Assembly: GCA_963691875.1 (NCBI GenBank)
Contig: OY829846.1
Coordinates: 1,792,001-1,856,000 of the forward strand
DNA from: Aureliella sp.
GTDB taxonomy: Bacteria; Planctomycetota; Planctomycetia; Pirellulales; Pirellulaceae
DNA: 64,000 nt
Direction: 5' to 3'
The notes beneath the pieces are model-generated. The model was not told the DNA's origin, ran no database searches, and saw only the letters and a list, made by a program, of their open reading frames with translations. The position numbers and the translations under genes were made by a program. This document shows positions 9,608 to 19,511 of this stretch, in pieces (position 1 is the first letter of the stretch; each line of letters begins with the position of its first letter).

Positions 9608-9841
9608 GTGTTGATCCTGTCGCGCCGCGAAGCGGAGAGCATCAGTTTAGGTGACGATATCGTGCTTACGATCGTCGCCGTCGGTAATGACAAAGTCCGC
9701 ATCGGTGTGAAGGCCCCCCCCGAGGTACGCATCTTGCGAAACGAATTGGAAGTGGAAGAGCAAGTCGCCACCATTCCTTTTCCAATTAGTCCGACCGAAT
9801 CCACTGACGACTCTCAATGGCAGCAACGCAGAGCTGCGTGA
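9608..9841 (+). CDS. csrA: Carbon storage regulator CsrA
   Basis: MLILSRREAESISLGDDI...VRIGVKAPPEVRILRNEL. Confidence 0.95.
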   Translation: MLILSRREAESISLGDDIVLTIVAVGNDKVRIGVKAPPEVRILRNELEVEEQVATIPFPISPTESTDDSQWQQRRAA

Positions 9842-9869
9842 AGCAGGATCAACTCGAAACGACATATCG

Positions 9870-9903
9870 AAAAGGTGCCCCAAATCTTGGAGCACCTTTT
9901 TTA
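9870..9903. terminator. Bidirectional intrinsic terminator
   Basis: AAAAGGTGCCCCAA-ATC-TTGGAGCACCTTTTTT between the convergent csrA and rhamnulokinase genes. Confidence 0.8.
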
Positions 9904-10104
9904 GTTTCGTGTGGCACTAGCCCCGCCGGTGCGAGGGGCGTTATCAGCTTGCACGTTAATTAGCAATTGAAGTGTCGTAAACTGGAGGACACGTGCAAAC
10001 TTCTCATTCTAGAGCACCAGCTGCTACCGCAAACGAGACTTGATTAACGGAGTGGACCTGCAACACAGAGTATTCCGATCTAACTTGGTACACAAGTTTG
10101 CTCT

Positions 10105-11613
10105 CTAACTTGCGTTTGCAAAGCCCTTTAACTTCTCGTAGCCAGCGTCCCACTGCCCATGCGGCTTAGGATCGTAAGTGGCAATGTCCTTGGCTTTGCG
10201 GATCAAAGATCTGGCGTCTTCGATACTGCTCAACTCGCCTGTCCCAATGGCTTGCATGAGCACGTTACCCAGTGCCGTTGCTTCCACGGGACCAGCAATG
10301 ACTTGCTTCTGACAAGCATCGGCCGTCAACTGGCAGAGCAATTGATTCTGTACGCCGCCCCCTACCATATGAATGGTCTTCATCTCGCGTCCAACGAGAT
10401 GCTCTAAATAACCTAGTACCATCCGATAACGTAGAACAAGGCTTTCCAATGCGCAACGAATGATCTCGCCTTCGGTCGATGGCTGCGGTTGATTCGTCTT
10501 GGAACAGAATTCCCGAATCGCTTCCGGCATGCTGTCGGGAGCAATAAATAGATCGTCATCAGGATCGATGATAGAAACCATGCTTGGGGCTTCTTCAGCG
10601 AGTTGCGTGAGTCGGTCCCAGCTTAGTTCTTTGCCTTCGCGCTTCCATTGTTCCCGACACTGTTGAACGATCCACAAGCCTGCAATGTTCTTCAGCAGAC
10701 GCACGCTGCCTTGCACGCCGCCTTCGTTCGTAAAATTGAATTTCTGACAATCATCACTCAGGATCGGTTTAGGAATCTCTGCGCCCATCAGCGACCAAGT
10801 TCCACAGCTGATGTAGCACCAGTCAGGCTCAGCCGGCGCGAACGAACTTGCCGGTACAGCCAACACGGCGGAACCGGTGTCATGGGTGGCAGGCAAGATG
10901 ACTTGGACTTCCTTGCCAAGTCGTGTTCGATTGCGAACCGCATCGGTCAAGGAGCCAAGATTGGCCCCAGGTTGCGCCGGTTCGGAAAACAAGTGCGACG
11001 GGATTTCAAACGCATCCATCACCGGTTCGGCCCACGTGCATGTGCTGGGATTTAGCAGCTGCGTCGTCGATGCGTTGGTAAACTCATTGACTTTCTCACC
11101 CGACAATTGCCAGTGCAAGTAGTCTGGCACCATCAGAAAACGTTCGGCAATGTCTAGAATTGGTGACTTTTCCAATCGCATAGCGAGGAGTTGATAGGCC
11201 GAGTTGATCTCCATGAACTGCAGACCGGTGTGAGCGAAAATCTTGCTGCGTGGCATCCGTTCAAAGCCCTTGTCGAGCATTCCTCGAATTCTTGCGTCGC
11301 GGTAGCAGAAGCACGGCCCAGCTTGATCGTCGTTGCGGTCGAGCAGCACGTAGTCGACGCCCCAGGTATCAGCACCGACAGAAGCGATTTGATCTCCGTA
11401 CTTGGCTCCGGCAGCGCCAAGGCCCTCCATGATGTTCTCCCATTGGCCGAGCAGGTTCCAAACCAGTCGTTTTCCGAGTGGGACGGGGCCGTTGGTAAAG
11501 CGATGGAGTTCGTCGAGCGCGATGCCATCGTCCGTGATGCGACCGCCAAGTACTCGGCCTCCCGACGCACCGAGATCGATCGCTAAGTGCACGGGTTGGT
11601 TGCTTCCACTCAT
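10105..11613 (-). CDS. rhaB: Rhamnulokinase/fuculokinase (FGGY family)
   Basis: LAIDLGASGGR, DTWGVDY, TGLQFMEINS, ATHDTGSAV, ISCGTWSLMG, FTNEGG, GPVEATALGN. Confidence 0.9.
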   Translation of the reverse strand: MSGSNQPVHLAIDLGASGGRVLGGRITDDGIALDELHRFTNGPVPLGKRLVWNLLGQWENIMEGLGAAGAKYGDQIASVGADTWGVDYVLLDRNDDQAGPCFCYRDARIRGMLDKGFERMPRSKIFAHTGLQFMEINSAYQLLAMRLEKSPILDIAERFLMVPDYLHWQLSGEKVNEFTNASTTQLLNPSTCTWAEPVMDAFEIPSHLFSEPAQPGANLGSLTDAVRNRTRLGKEVQVILPATHDTGSAVLAVPASSFAPAEPDWCYISCGTWSLMGAEIPKPILSDDCQKFNFTNEGGVQGSVRLLKNIAGLWIVQQCREQWKREGKELSWDRLTQLAEEAPSMVSIIDPDDDLFIAPDSMPEAIREFCSKTNQPQPSTEGEIIRCALESLVLRYRMVLGYLEHLVGREMKTIHMVGGGVQNQLLCQLTADACQKQVIAGPVEATALGNVLMQAIGTGELSSIEDARSLIRKAKDIATYDPKPHGQWDAGYEKLKGFANAS

Positions 11614-11788
11614 TTTGGTAGGGCTTTCTTCGGGAAAGAGGATAGGAGAGCAGAAAATGGTACCAGATTGCGACTTCGTGTAGCGGCTGAGTTTGCTCAA
11701 TTCGGCTGCTTCGCATATCCTTTTAAGGAATCTACTGGCCGTGTTTTCTCGAGATATTAGCGTGGCGGCAGCACTTCAACCAAACGAA

Positions 11789-12457
11789 ATGAAAACCGCC
11801 CGAGCGGTAGATGGTCCGCGCGGACCTGAGCAAGATTGGTTGTCGATCATGGCAGGCAAAACGGTCATTGGTCTTGCTAGGTTCTTCAGCGGCTACACAG
11901 TTCGCTGGGTCGATTGCCAACCAGACACTTGCCAGCGAGTCTATTTCGCAAACCACACCAGTCACTTGGACGCCGTGGTTCTCTGGTCGGCCTTGCCACC
12001 CGAAATCCGCAATCTAACGCGCCCGGTGGCAGCGAAAGATTACTGGGCAAAGACGCGATTCAAGCGTCTCCTGGCTCGATCGTTTAACGCGATGTTGATT
12101 GATCGGAAAGAGATCAAGGTGCACCAGAGCCCCGTGGATTTAATGATACGCGAGATCGGCGACACTTATTCTCTAATCGTTTTCCCAGAAGGTAGTCGTA
12201 GCGACGACGGGAAACTCAATGAATTCAAAAGCGGCATTTACCACTTGGCCAAGAAGCGTCCCGACCTCGAGTTGGTTCCGGTTTACATGGAGAATTTGAA
12301 TCGGATTTTGCCTAAGGGCGAGGTGGTTCCCATCCCCCTGTTGAGCAGCATTCACATTGGTGCGCCGATCTGGCTGGAAGCAGGTGAGCCCAAAGCCGAT
12401 TTTCTTGTCCGTGCCCGCAATGCGGTCGCAGCTCTGAAAGAAGAGAGCGAAGAGTAG
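11789..12457 (+). CDS. Lysophospholipid acyltransferase (PlsC-like)
   Basis: NHTSHLD (HX4D) and VFPEGSRS motifs; start uncertain. Confidence 0.9.
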   Translation: MKTARAVDGPRGPEQDWLSIMAGKTVIGLARFFSGYTVRWVDCQPDTCQRVYFANHTSHLDAVVLWSALPPEIRNLTRPVAAKDYWAKTRFKRLLARSFNAMLIDRKEIKVHQSPVDLMIREIGDTYSLIVFPEGSRSDDGKLNEFKSGIYHLAKKRPDLELVPVYMENLNRILPKGEVVPIPLLSSIHIGAPIWLEAGEPKADFLVRARNAVAALKEESEE

Positions 12458-12539
12458 TTCAAAAACGCTGCAGTATCAATTTTCGCTGTGCAGTGTTACC
12501 CTGGGGGCTGTTTTTGTCCCTCTGTGTTCCTCGCCTCGT

Positions 12540-14120
12540 TTGCTCATGATCCGCCATTTGCCGCTCAACTTGCGTTCGCCTGCAGTTTTACTTGAGTGTA
12601 TCCTTCTGATTTGCGCTCTCGCAGTTCCATTGTCGGCACGAGGACACGCACAAGACCCCGAGGATCAGCCGGCGAACTCAACGGCGGAAAAAAATCAATC
12701 GCCGGCACTAGAGGCAGACGACTCTACTGAAGCAGCCCCAGCTGTACAGGTTGCTCATCACTTGCATCCAGACGAGGAACCTGAACCTTTTTTCAAGAGT
12801 GATGCGGTAATCTTTGGCATCTTAATGCTGATTCTTGGCTTCGTCTTTTGGAGCAGTAACAGTGAGGTTTCGGCCTTTAAGAAGTTCTACAGGTTCGTTC
12901 CAATGCTCCTGATGTGCTACTTCTTACCATCGCTCCTAACAGTTTTTGGTCTGGTCAACGCAGAAGAATCAAAACTCTATTACGTCGCAACGCGATATCT
13001 TCTGCCAGCCTGTCTCGTACTACTCACACTGAGTATCGATTTGAAGGAAGTCTTCAAACTTGGCCCCAAAGCCTTGATCATGTTCCTGACAGGAACAGCT
13101 GGAGTCGTTTTGGGTGGACCGCTTGCCGTAGTGATCGTGGCTACCCTTGCACCTGAAATCATCGGCGTCGATGGGCCAGCAGCGGTGTGGCGCGGCCTAA
13201 GCACGGTAGCTGGCAGTTGGATTGGTGGTGGTGCAAACCAAGCCGCGATGCAAGTTGTGTTCATGTCGCCACCGGAGGGCGCGACGGGGGAGTTAAAGCG
13301 AGAGCTCTCAGATCTCTACAGCGTGATGGTTGCGGTCGATGTTCTGGTAGCTGAAGCCTGGATGGTGTTCTTGCTTTTTGGTGTTGGCAAGGCAAAAGAA
13401 ATTGATCGCTTCTTCAAAGCGGATTCTTCAGCAATTGAGAGCTTGAAGAGAACAATGGAGGACTTTAGTGCCACGGTGACTCGAGTACCGTCATCGAAAG
13501 ATTTGATGCTGATTGCCGCTATCGGCTTTGGTGCTACAGCTTTTGCACATTTCTTCGGTGGCCAGCTTGCAGCAACAGTCGAGCAGGTCATCGTTTCAAA
13601 TCCTGTCAAAGGTTTCGCTGGCGAAGAAGTGACGGCCAAGGATTCTCAGTTTGGCTATCTCAAAGATCTTGGGCTAACAAGTTCTTTCTTCTGGCTCATC
13701 GTTTTATCGACGACCGTTGGAGTGGCTCTCTCCTTTACGCCACTAAGGAACTTGGAGGGGGCGGGGGCGTCCAAGATCGGGACCGTGTTCATTTTCATTT
13801 TGGTTGCGGTGATTGGCATGGGGATGAACATCCGAGCCGTTTTCGACTACCCAGGGTTTTTCCTGGTTGGCGGAATCTGGATGGCGTTCCACGTAGCGTT
13901 GCTCTTCCTGGTTGGATGGCTAATTCGAGCGCCTTACTTCTTTTTGGCTGTCGGCAGCAAGGCAAATATTGGCGGGGCAGCTAGTGCCCCAGTTGTCGCA
14001 GCTGCCTTTCATCCCGCGCTTGCTCCGGTCGGAGTATTGCTCGCAGTGCTGGGGTATGCTCTCGGGACATACGGCGCCATGATTTGCGCCTGGATGATGC
14101 AAGCTGCAACTCCAGGATAG
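12540..14120 (+). CDS. DUF819 family multi-pass membrane protein
   Basis: GSWIGGGANQAAM and GSKANIGGAASAPVVA; many TM segments; signal-like N-terminal extension. Confidence 0.85.
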   Translation: MLMIRHLPLNLRSPAVLLECILLICALAVPLSARGHAQDPEDQPANSTAEKNQSPALEADDSTEAAPAVQVAHHLHPDEEPEPFFKSDAVIFGILMLILGFVFWSSNSEVSAFKKFYRFVPMLLMCYFLPSLLTVFGLVNAEESKLYYVATRYLLPACLVLLTLSIDLKEVFKLGPKALIMFLTGTAGVVLGGPLAVVIVATLAPEIIGVDGPAAVWRGLSTVAGSWIGGGANQAAMQVVFMSPPEGATGELKRELSDLYSVMVAVDVLVAEAWMVFLLFGVGKAKEIDRFFKADSSAIESLKRTMEDFSATVTRVPSSKDLMLIAAIGFGATAFAHFFGGQLAATVEQVIVSNPVKGFAGEEVTAKDSQFGYLKDLGLTSSFFWLIVLSTTVGVALSFTPLRNLEGAGASKIGTVFIFILVAVIGMGMNIRAVFDYPGFFLVGGIWMAFHVALLFLVGWLIRAPYFFLAVGSKANIGGAASAPVVAAAFHPALAPVGVLLAVLGYALGTYGAMICAWMMQAATPG

Positions 14121-14152
14121 CCTCCTCCCTTTCTATGATTAAAGTCTCAGAG

Positions 14153-15124
14153 CTAACGCTGCTCACCAAGCTTCGCCTCGGTCGCCGCGCCATTGGTAGT
14201 GAGAATCTGAATATTCGTCGTCGCGTTTCCGAATCGCTTAAAGTCTTTGAAGGTCCAAACTACTTCCTTCTTGCGATTCACTTCGACAACTTGCGGATTG
14301 GCTTCGGTCGCATGACAGTTCCCGATGACGATGTTGCCGCTGGGCAGTTCCTGGAGCGTTGTCACCCAAGCTAGTTGAATGTTAGGCAGATCGTTTTGAT
14401 CGAGTTTCCAAACTACTTTCTTTTCGGGCGTTACCTCAATAATGCTGTGCCCATTTCCAGTGCCAATCAGCGTATTACCATTGGCTAGGCGGAGCGCAGA
14501 GTAAGCCTTGTTGCCGAATGCCGTCAGTCCATGGCCCCGCGCTGGCGACTTGCCAAACATGGGGACTTCAAAGTCCCATACGATCTCGCCTTCGCGCGAA
14601 TACTCACGAACTCTTCCGTCAGATTCGTGGCAAACTAGATAGTTGCCGCTGGCGAGCTGTCGGACGAGTCGTGTGTCGGTGTGCGCGTTTGGCGTGGTGA
14701 CTTGCAATGCAATTTCATGAACCGCCTTGCCTGCTTTGTCTACTTCGATAATCTTCGTTGCGCCGCTCACCGCGATCATGGTATTGCCGTGCGGCAAACG
14801 CTGAAAAGCATGCACTTCGACGCGTTTCACGGAATCACTGAGATGCTGCTTTGCATCATATTTCCATACAACCTCATCGGTCTTGGGATTTACCTCGACG
14901 ATATCTGTCCAACTCGTTTGGAACAACACATTGCCATTTTCAAGCATGTGGAGATCGTGCAGCGGCCCGATCTTGTATGCCCAAGTTGTCTTTCCGTCCT
15001 CATCGATGATCGCGATCCGGTTCTTTGAAGAATCTGCGATCAGAAAGCTGTGCTTGGGGGATTCGGCAAATGACGTTGAAACAGCGAACAAGGCCAAAAA
15101 CGTGAGTGTCAACGTTCGAAGCAT
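14153..15124 (-). CDS. Secreted beta-propeller repeat protein (PQQ-like/arylsulfotransferase-like)
   Basis: Signal peptide; repeated L(P/A)xGNxLI...I(I/V)EV...(V/I)VW blades. Confidence 0.8.
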   Translation of the reverse strand: MLRTLTLTFLALFAVSTSFAESPKHSFLIADSSKNRIAIIDEDGKTTWAYKIGPLHDLHMLENGNVLFQTSWTDIVEVNPKTDEVVWKYDAKQHLSDSVKRVEVHAFQRLPHGNTMIAVSGATKIIEVDKAGKAVHEIALQVTTPNAHTDTRLVRQLASGNYLVCHESDGRVREYSREGEIVWDFEVPMFGKSPARGHGLTAFGNKAYSALRLANGNTLIGTGNGHSIIEVTPEKKVVWKLDQNDLPNIQLAWVTTLQELPSGNIVIGNCHATEANPQVVEVNRKKEVVWTFKDFKRFGNATTNIQILTTNGAATEAKLGEQR

Positions 15125-15343
15125 GAGAGGATTCCTGTTGGTGAGCGAGGTGAGGAAGGTAGGATGAGATTTTACATTGCTTTTACATACTGTTTGCAAT
15201 TTCAAGAAGTTTTTCGCGCGGAGAAAGCGTTTAATCTCATGTACCTATCAGCCTACGTTTAGCAGCGACTGCTGCGAGTCATTAGGAAAGAAGTCAACCG
15301 GGCTGGTTTCACTGTTGGGCCAACGGGCCAGAGGAGTTTCGAG

Positions 15344-16750
15344 ATGAGGTTTTGTTGTATCGCTCTAGTGCTGTTTGGTTGCCTGAGCATCGGCGGCAAG
15401 CAGACCGCCAAGGCGGAGCAGGTGAAGTTGGATGTGGCGATGGGCTATCCTACCATGTACATCGCCCAAGAAGGGAAAAAGGGGACGAATCACGTTCGTA
15501 TCGCGCTGACTGGTTTTGAAATGCCAGCCGAAGAAGAACGACTGCCGATCAACGTCGCCATTGTGATCGATAAGTCAGGCTCGATGCAGGGTGACAAAAT
15601 TGCACAGGCTCGAGCTGCCGCATTGCAGGCAATTGACCGCTTGCGCGACGACGATATCGTGTCGATTGTAACTTACGATTCGACCGTCAATGTCCTTGTT
15701 CCAGCTACCAAGGCATCAGACCGAGCTGAGATCAAAAAGAAGATTCGCAGTATTTCACCCGGCGGCAACACTGCTTTGTTCGCCGGAGTCAGCAAGGGTG
15801 CCGCCGAGACACGTAAGTTCTTAGACGACAACCGGGTCAACCGGGTCATTCTTTTGTCGGATGGCTTGGCAAATGTCGGACCGTCGAGCCCAAGCGAGTT
15901 GCGGCAACTGGGTGCTTCGTTGATCAAAGAAGGCATCAGTGTATCCACGATGGGACTCGGCCTGGGCTACAACGAAGACTTGCTCAGCGGCTTGGCACTT
16001 TCCAGCAGCGGCAACCACGTTTTCATCGAAGATGCTGAGAACCTAGTCGGCGTATTCCAGAATGAATTCGACGACGTCATGAGTGTGGTGGCTCAAAGAT
16101 TACGCATCAACGCCAAACTCTCGGAAGGCATTCGTCCAGTAAAAGTTCTGAACTACCCAGCCGACATCACGGGTCAAAAGGTCTCGATCGACCTCGGGCA
16201 ACTCTACGCCCGTCAAGAACGCTACTTCGTCTTGGAAGTCGAAATCCCGTTCGGGGAAAACGAAGCTACTACACCTATCGCAGATGTAAATCTCGAGTAC
16301 ACCAACATGCTTACCGAGACAAAGGACAAGCTTTCCAGTGCAGTCGAGGTCAAGTTCTCGAATGACGAGAAACTTGCTCAACAGAGCATTTCCAATGATG
16401 TAATGTCTTGTGTCGTCACGCAGATTGCCAACTGTAACAATGCCGATGCAACTCGATGGCGTGACGAAGGTAACGTTGAGAAGGCCAAGGAAACGCTACT
16501 TGGCAACTCTTTCTATTTAAAGCGATACGCTAATCTGCTGAAATCCGAGAAACTTGAAGAGCTGAGTCGACTCAATGAATCGCAATCCAATATGCTTGAT
16601 GATAAGAATTGGAACCTGAACCGAAAAGCAATGCGAGGCCTGCAATACCAGCAGCTCAGTCAACAACGGTTCGACGGTGGCAAGAAGCAAGAGTCGAAGC
16701 CAAGTAAGTCTAAGTCCGAGGCGAACAAGAGCAAGTCAAAGACTCGGTAG
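15344..16750 (+). CDS. Secreted von Willebrand factor A (VWA) domain protein
   Basis: MIDAS motif DKSGS, GNTAL, LLSDG; signal peptide. Confidence 0.9.
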   Translation: MRFCCIALVLFGCLSIGGKQTAKAEQVKLDVAMGYPTMYIAQEGKKGTNHVRIALTGFEMPAEEERLPINVAIVIDKSGSMQGDKIAQARAAALQAIDRLRDDDIVSIVTYDSTVNVLVPATKASDRAEIKKKIRSISPGGNTALFAGVSKGAAETRKFLDDNRVNRVILLSDGLANVGPSSPSELRQLGASLIKEGISVSTMGLGLGYNEDLLSGLALSSSGNHVFIEDAENLVGVFQNEFDDVMSVVAQRLRINAKLSEGIRPVKVLNYPADITGQKVSIDLGQLYARQERYFVLEVEIPFGENEATTPIADVNLEYTNMLTETKDKLSSAVEVKFSNDEKLAQQSISNDVMSCVVTQIANCNNADATRWRDEGNVEKAKETLLGNSFYLKRYANLLKSEKLEELSRLNESQSNMLDDKNWNLNRKAMRGLQYQQLSQQRFDGGKKQESKPSKSKSEANKSKSKTR

Positions 16751-16777
16751 CTCAACCGGAAGTTGAACCATGAATTC

Positions 16778-16808
16778 AAAGGCTTCGAGTTCCTCCGGAG
16801 CCTTTTTT
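16778..16808 (+). terminator. Intrinsic terminator
   Basis: AAAGGCTTCG...CGGAGCCTTTTTT. Confidence 0.7.
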
Positions 16809-16863
16809 GCTGCGCGAATGACTTTGCACAGGTCAATGACTGAGCGCAGCCTTCTGCTTCTCT

Positions 16864-17085
16864 TCAGATCCCGCCCATGTAATCCATCGCCAGAATGAGG
16901 TACCAGGCAAGTGCAAGCACGTCTACTCCAGCCACAATGAGAAAGACGCCCCCAATAGCGTCGAACTGAGACCGATTGGCCAGGAGCACCAATTGCAGAG
17001 TCCAATTGCTCTCGCCCGCTTCAGACTTAGGAAACTGACGAACAATAAAAGGGCATATGTTCGGAAGAGCGGAATTCGCTGCCAC
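16864..17085 (-). CDS. Small hypothetical membrane protein (doubtful)
   Basis: 73-aa ORF with one hydrophobic stretch only. Confidence 0.3.
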   Translation of the reverse strand: MAANSALPNICPFIVRQFPKSEAGESNWTLQLVLLANRSQFDAIGGVFLIVAGVDVLALAWYLILAMDYMGGI

Positions 17086-17244
17086 TTTGGTCCAAGTACC
17101 GATTCCGTTAGTGGTTTTTGTCTGTATTAACCCTAATTCTTCGAGCGCATGAAAAAAGCCAGCTTGGATTCTCGAACCCTAACTGGCCCTTATTCTTAAC
17201 TGCTGCGCAGTAGTATGTGCGACCGGAGGAGCGTCACCCTGCCT

Positions 17245-18999
17245 CTAGGTGTCGATGGTGTCTTCGTTGGTCAGAGGCTTTTCGTTCTCAGGCGTTTCCT
17301 GATCCTCCCGCCAAGGCTTGTCCTTTTTGTAGGACTCTAGCTCCTCCTTAAGCTGATCGACCTGAGGATTCGGTGGATTCTCTGCCTCACCAACTTCCAC
17401 GGCTTTTGCCGCCCACTTGCGGGCGTTTTCAAAGTCTCCGTTCTCCGCATAGCCTGCAGCCAAAGTACTGAGGATGTGGGCTTCTTTGTAGTCAGTCAGT
17501 TCACAAGCCTTCAATCCGTACTCGACTGATTTCTTGCCATCGCGGATCTCGTCTTTCGAGGAGGTGGCTAGGACCCAAGCTAGGTTGTTGAGTGCGCCAC
17601 TGTAGTCTCTGTCATCCACGGCACCTTCGCCAGCCGATTCTTCCATTACCTCGATCGCTTGCTCATAATCGGCGACCGCTTGTTTGTGTTCGCTGATGGC
17701 TAGTCGAGCATCGCCCCGCAAGCGAATCGCTTGGGTGTTCTTAGGGTCACGTTTCACCAACTCCGAAAGCAACGCGATTGCTTTGCGGGGCCGGTTGTCC
17801 ATTTGGTAGTAAGACGCAAGCTGCATAACCCAACCAGGATTGTTGGGCTGATTACGAACGAGCAACTCCATGTCAGAGATCGCATCGCCATAGCGTTCTT
17901 CACGTGCAGCAACGAGGCTTCGCATGACAACTCCACGCAGAGAATTGGGTTCGATCAACAGTGCATCGGAGATATCACGATTCGCCTTCTCGATCTCACC
18001 TTCATCAAAATAGATTTGCCCTCGCATAACCAAGGATTCGTGATCGCTGTCGTTAATCTCCAGAGCCTTGCTGAGGTCTTCAATTGCCTTGTCCGACTCT
18101 TCGGCCATGATGTAAGCCTGAGCGCGAATACGATAAAAAGTATTGTTGTCTGGCTTCTCTTCAATTCGCTCGGACATCAAGTCGATGATCTCTTTTGACT
18201 TTTCCAAGTTCATCAGGGCTTGGATGACTGCTTGCAGAGCAAAAGCGTTCTCGGAATCTTGATCAAGAAGCTTTTCAGCTCCCTCTAACATCTCGTCGAA
18301 TCGCCCACCTGCCTGAAGCACTGCGAGTTTTGCTTGCCATGCTTGGACGTTCTCCGAATTGGAATCTATGGCGGCGTCGAGATCTTCTAGCCGTTCTTTA
18401 TCGTTATCACGCAAGGTGGCGCGAAGTAGCAGAGCAGAGGACTTCATTTTGTCGTCCTCAAGCAGCTCAACCCCTTTGTTGATTTTCTCAAGTGCCTTTT
18501 TCCGATTTCCCGGTGGCGGAAGCATCTCAAGCTGAGCCCCCAGTACATAAGCTTCAGCGAGTTTGGCGTCGGCATTCGTTGCACGATTCAGGTCTTTGAG
18601 CACTTCGTCACGCAAGCCACGGAGTGCGCGCGGATTACTGATTACTCGCGGCATCCCTTGAAGCAGAATTTTTGCGCGCTGCAGCGCGGTTCCCGCAAGG
18701 ACTTTGTTTGCCAGCCGAGTATTTCCCTCATCAAGCCCAAGCTTGATCGCTTCCTCGCAGGCCTCGATCACTTTCGCAAGGTCCACAGGATTGCGAGCCG
18801 TGATTTTCAGATCGGTGGCTTCATCCAGTTTGGCTTGCCCTGGATTCGCATCCTCGCCTTCGTCCGACGTTGACTCAGAGCTATTGTCTGTAGCTGTTTC
18901 ATCAGCGAATTCAGACTCCTTTTCCTGAGCAAAAATGACGGGTGCTGGAAGGCAGAAAAGGGCTGCAAGAATTAACCAATATTGATTTCTAAGATTCAT
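17245..18999 (-). CDS. Secreted tetratricopeptide repeat protein
   Basis: Signal peptide, multiple TPRs, ALNNLAWVLATS...LSTLAAGYAE motif. Confidence 0.9.
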   Translation of the reverse strand: MNLRNQYWLILAALFCLPAPVIFAQEKESEFADETATDNSSESTSDEGEDANPGQAKLDEATDLKITARNPVDLAKVIEACEEAIKLGLDEGNTRLANKVLAGTALQRAKILLQGMPRVISNPRALRGLRDEVLKDLNRATNADAKLAEAYVLGAQLEMLPPPGNRKKALEKINKGVELLEDDKMKSSALLLRATLRDNDKERLEDLDAAIDSNSENVQAWQAKLAVLQAGGRFDEMLEGAEKLLDQDSENAFALQAVIQALMNLEKSKEIIDLMSERIEEKPDNNTFYRIRAQAYIMAEESDKAIEDLSKALEINDSDHESLVMRGQIYFDEGEIEKANRDISDALLIEPNSLRGVVMRSLVAAREERYGDAISDMELLVRNQPNNPGWVMQLASYYQMDNRPRKAIALLSELVKRDPKNTQAIRLRGDARLAISEHKQAVADYEQAIEVMEESAGEGAVDDRDYSGALNNLAWVLATSSKDEIRDGKKSVEYGLKACELTDYKEAHILSTLAAGYAENGDFENARKWAAKAVEVGEAENPPNPQVDQLKEELESYKKDKPWREDQETPENEKPLTNEDTIDT

Positions 19000-19511
19000 T
19001 CGAATCTCTCCCTGGTGGCTTTTTGAAGATCGAGTCTCAAACTCGTTATCGCTTTTGATACGAATCGCGTCCGTCGCGAGGTGGGCTGCCGGTCAGGCAC
19101 TAGTACATCTTAGTGGATCATCAAATGGTCATCCTAGCGAACGGGCTCATTTGCGACCAATAGCGACTGTTTTTCAAACGAATTGCAGCGGAACACCGGG
19201 GTAGTGTGGTCCGGTTCACGGCCTCAGACCAAAATCCACTGAGAGCCAGGCAGAGCAACCGATCTGCGAAACCCGCACTCTAGCATCCCTCGCAAGCGGT
19301 ACGCCACACGGGAATTTGCCTGAATTGAGAAAGTGCGATCGCTCAGCTGTGCTTGGCGTCTCGAACGCAACCTTACAGAACCGTTACTCACGAAGACTGG
19401 GCATCTCTTCATCGGTTCAACGGAAGCTTTATCGTTTGATTGGTATCGCTCTTTTATGCTGCATTTCAGACGATGGAATTCATTTGGCGGGCCGGAAATC
19501 ACCTGAGCACT

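Noticed and set aside
19190..19290. Possible riboswitch or ncRNA (CCACTGAGAGCCAGG resembles part of a cobalamin element)
   Set aside because: Other core motifs are missing and no gene lies downstream on that strand; only a simple hairpin is supportable.
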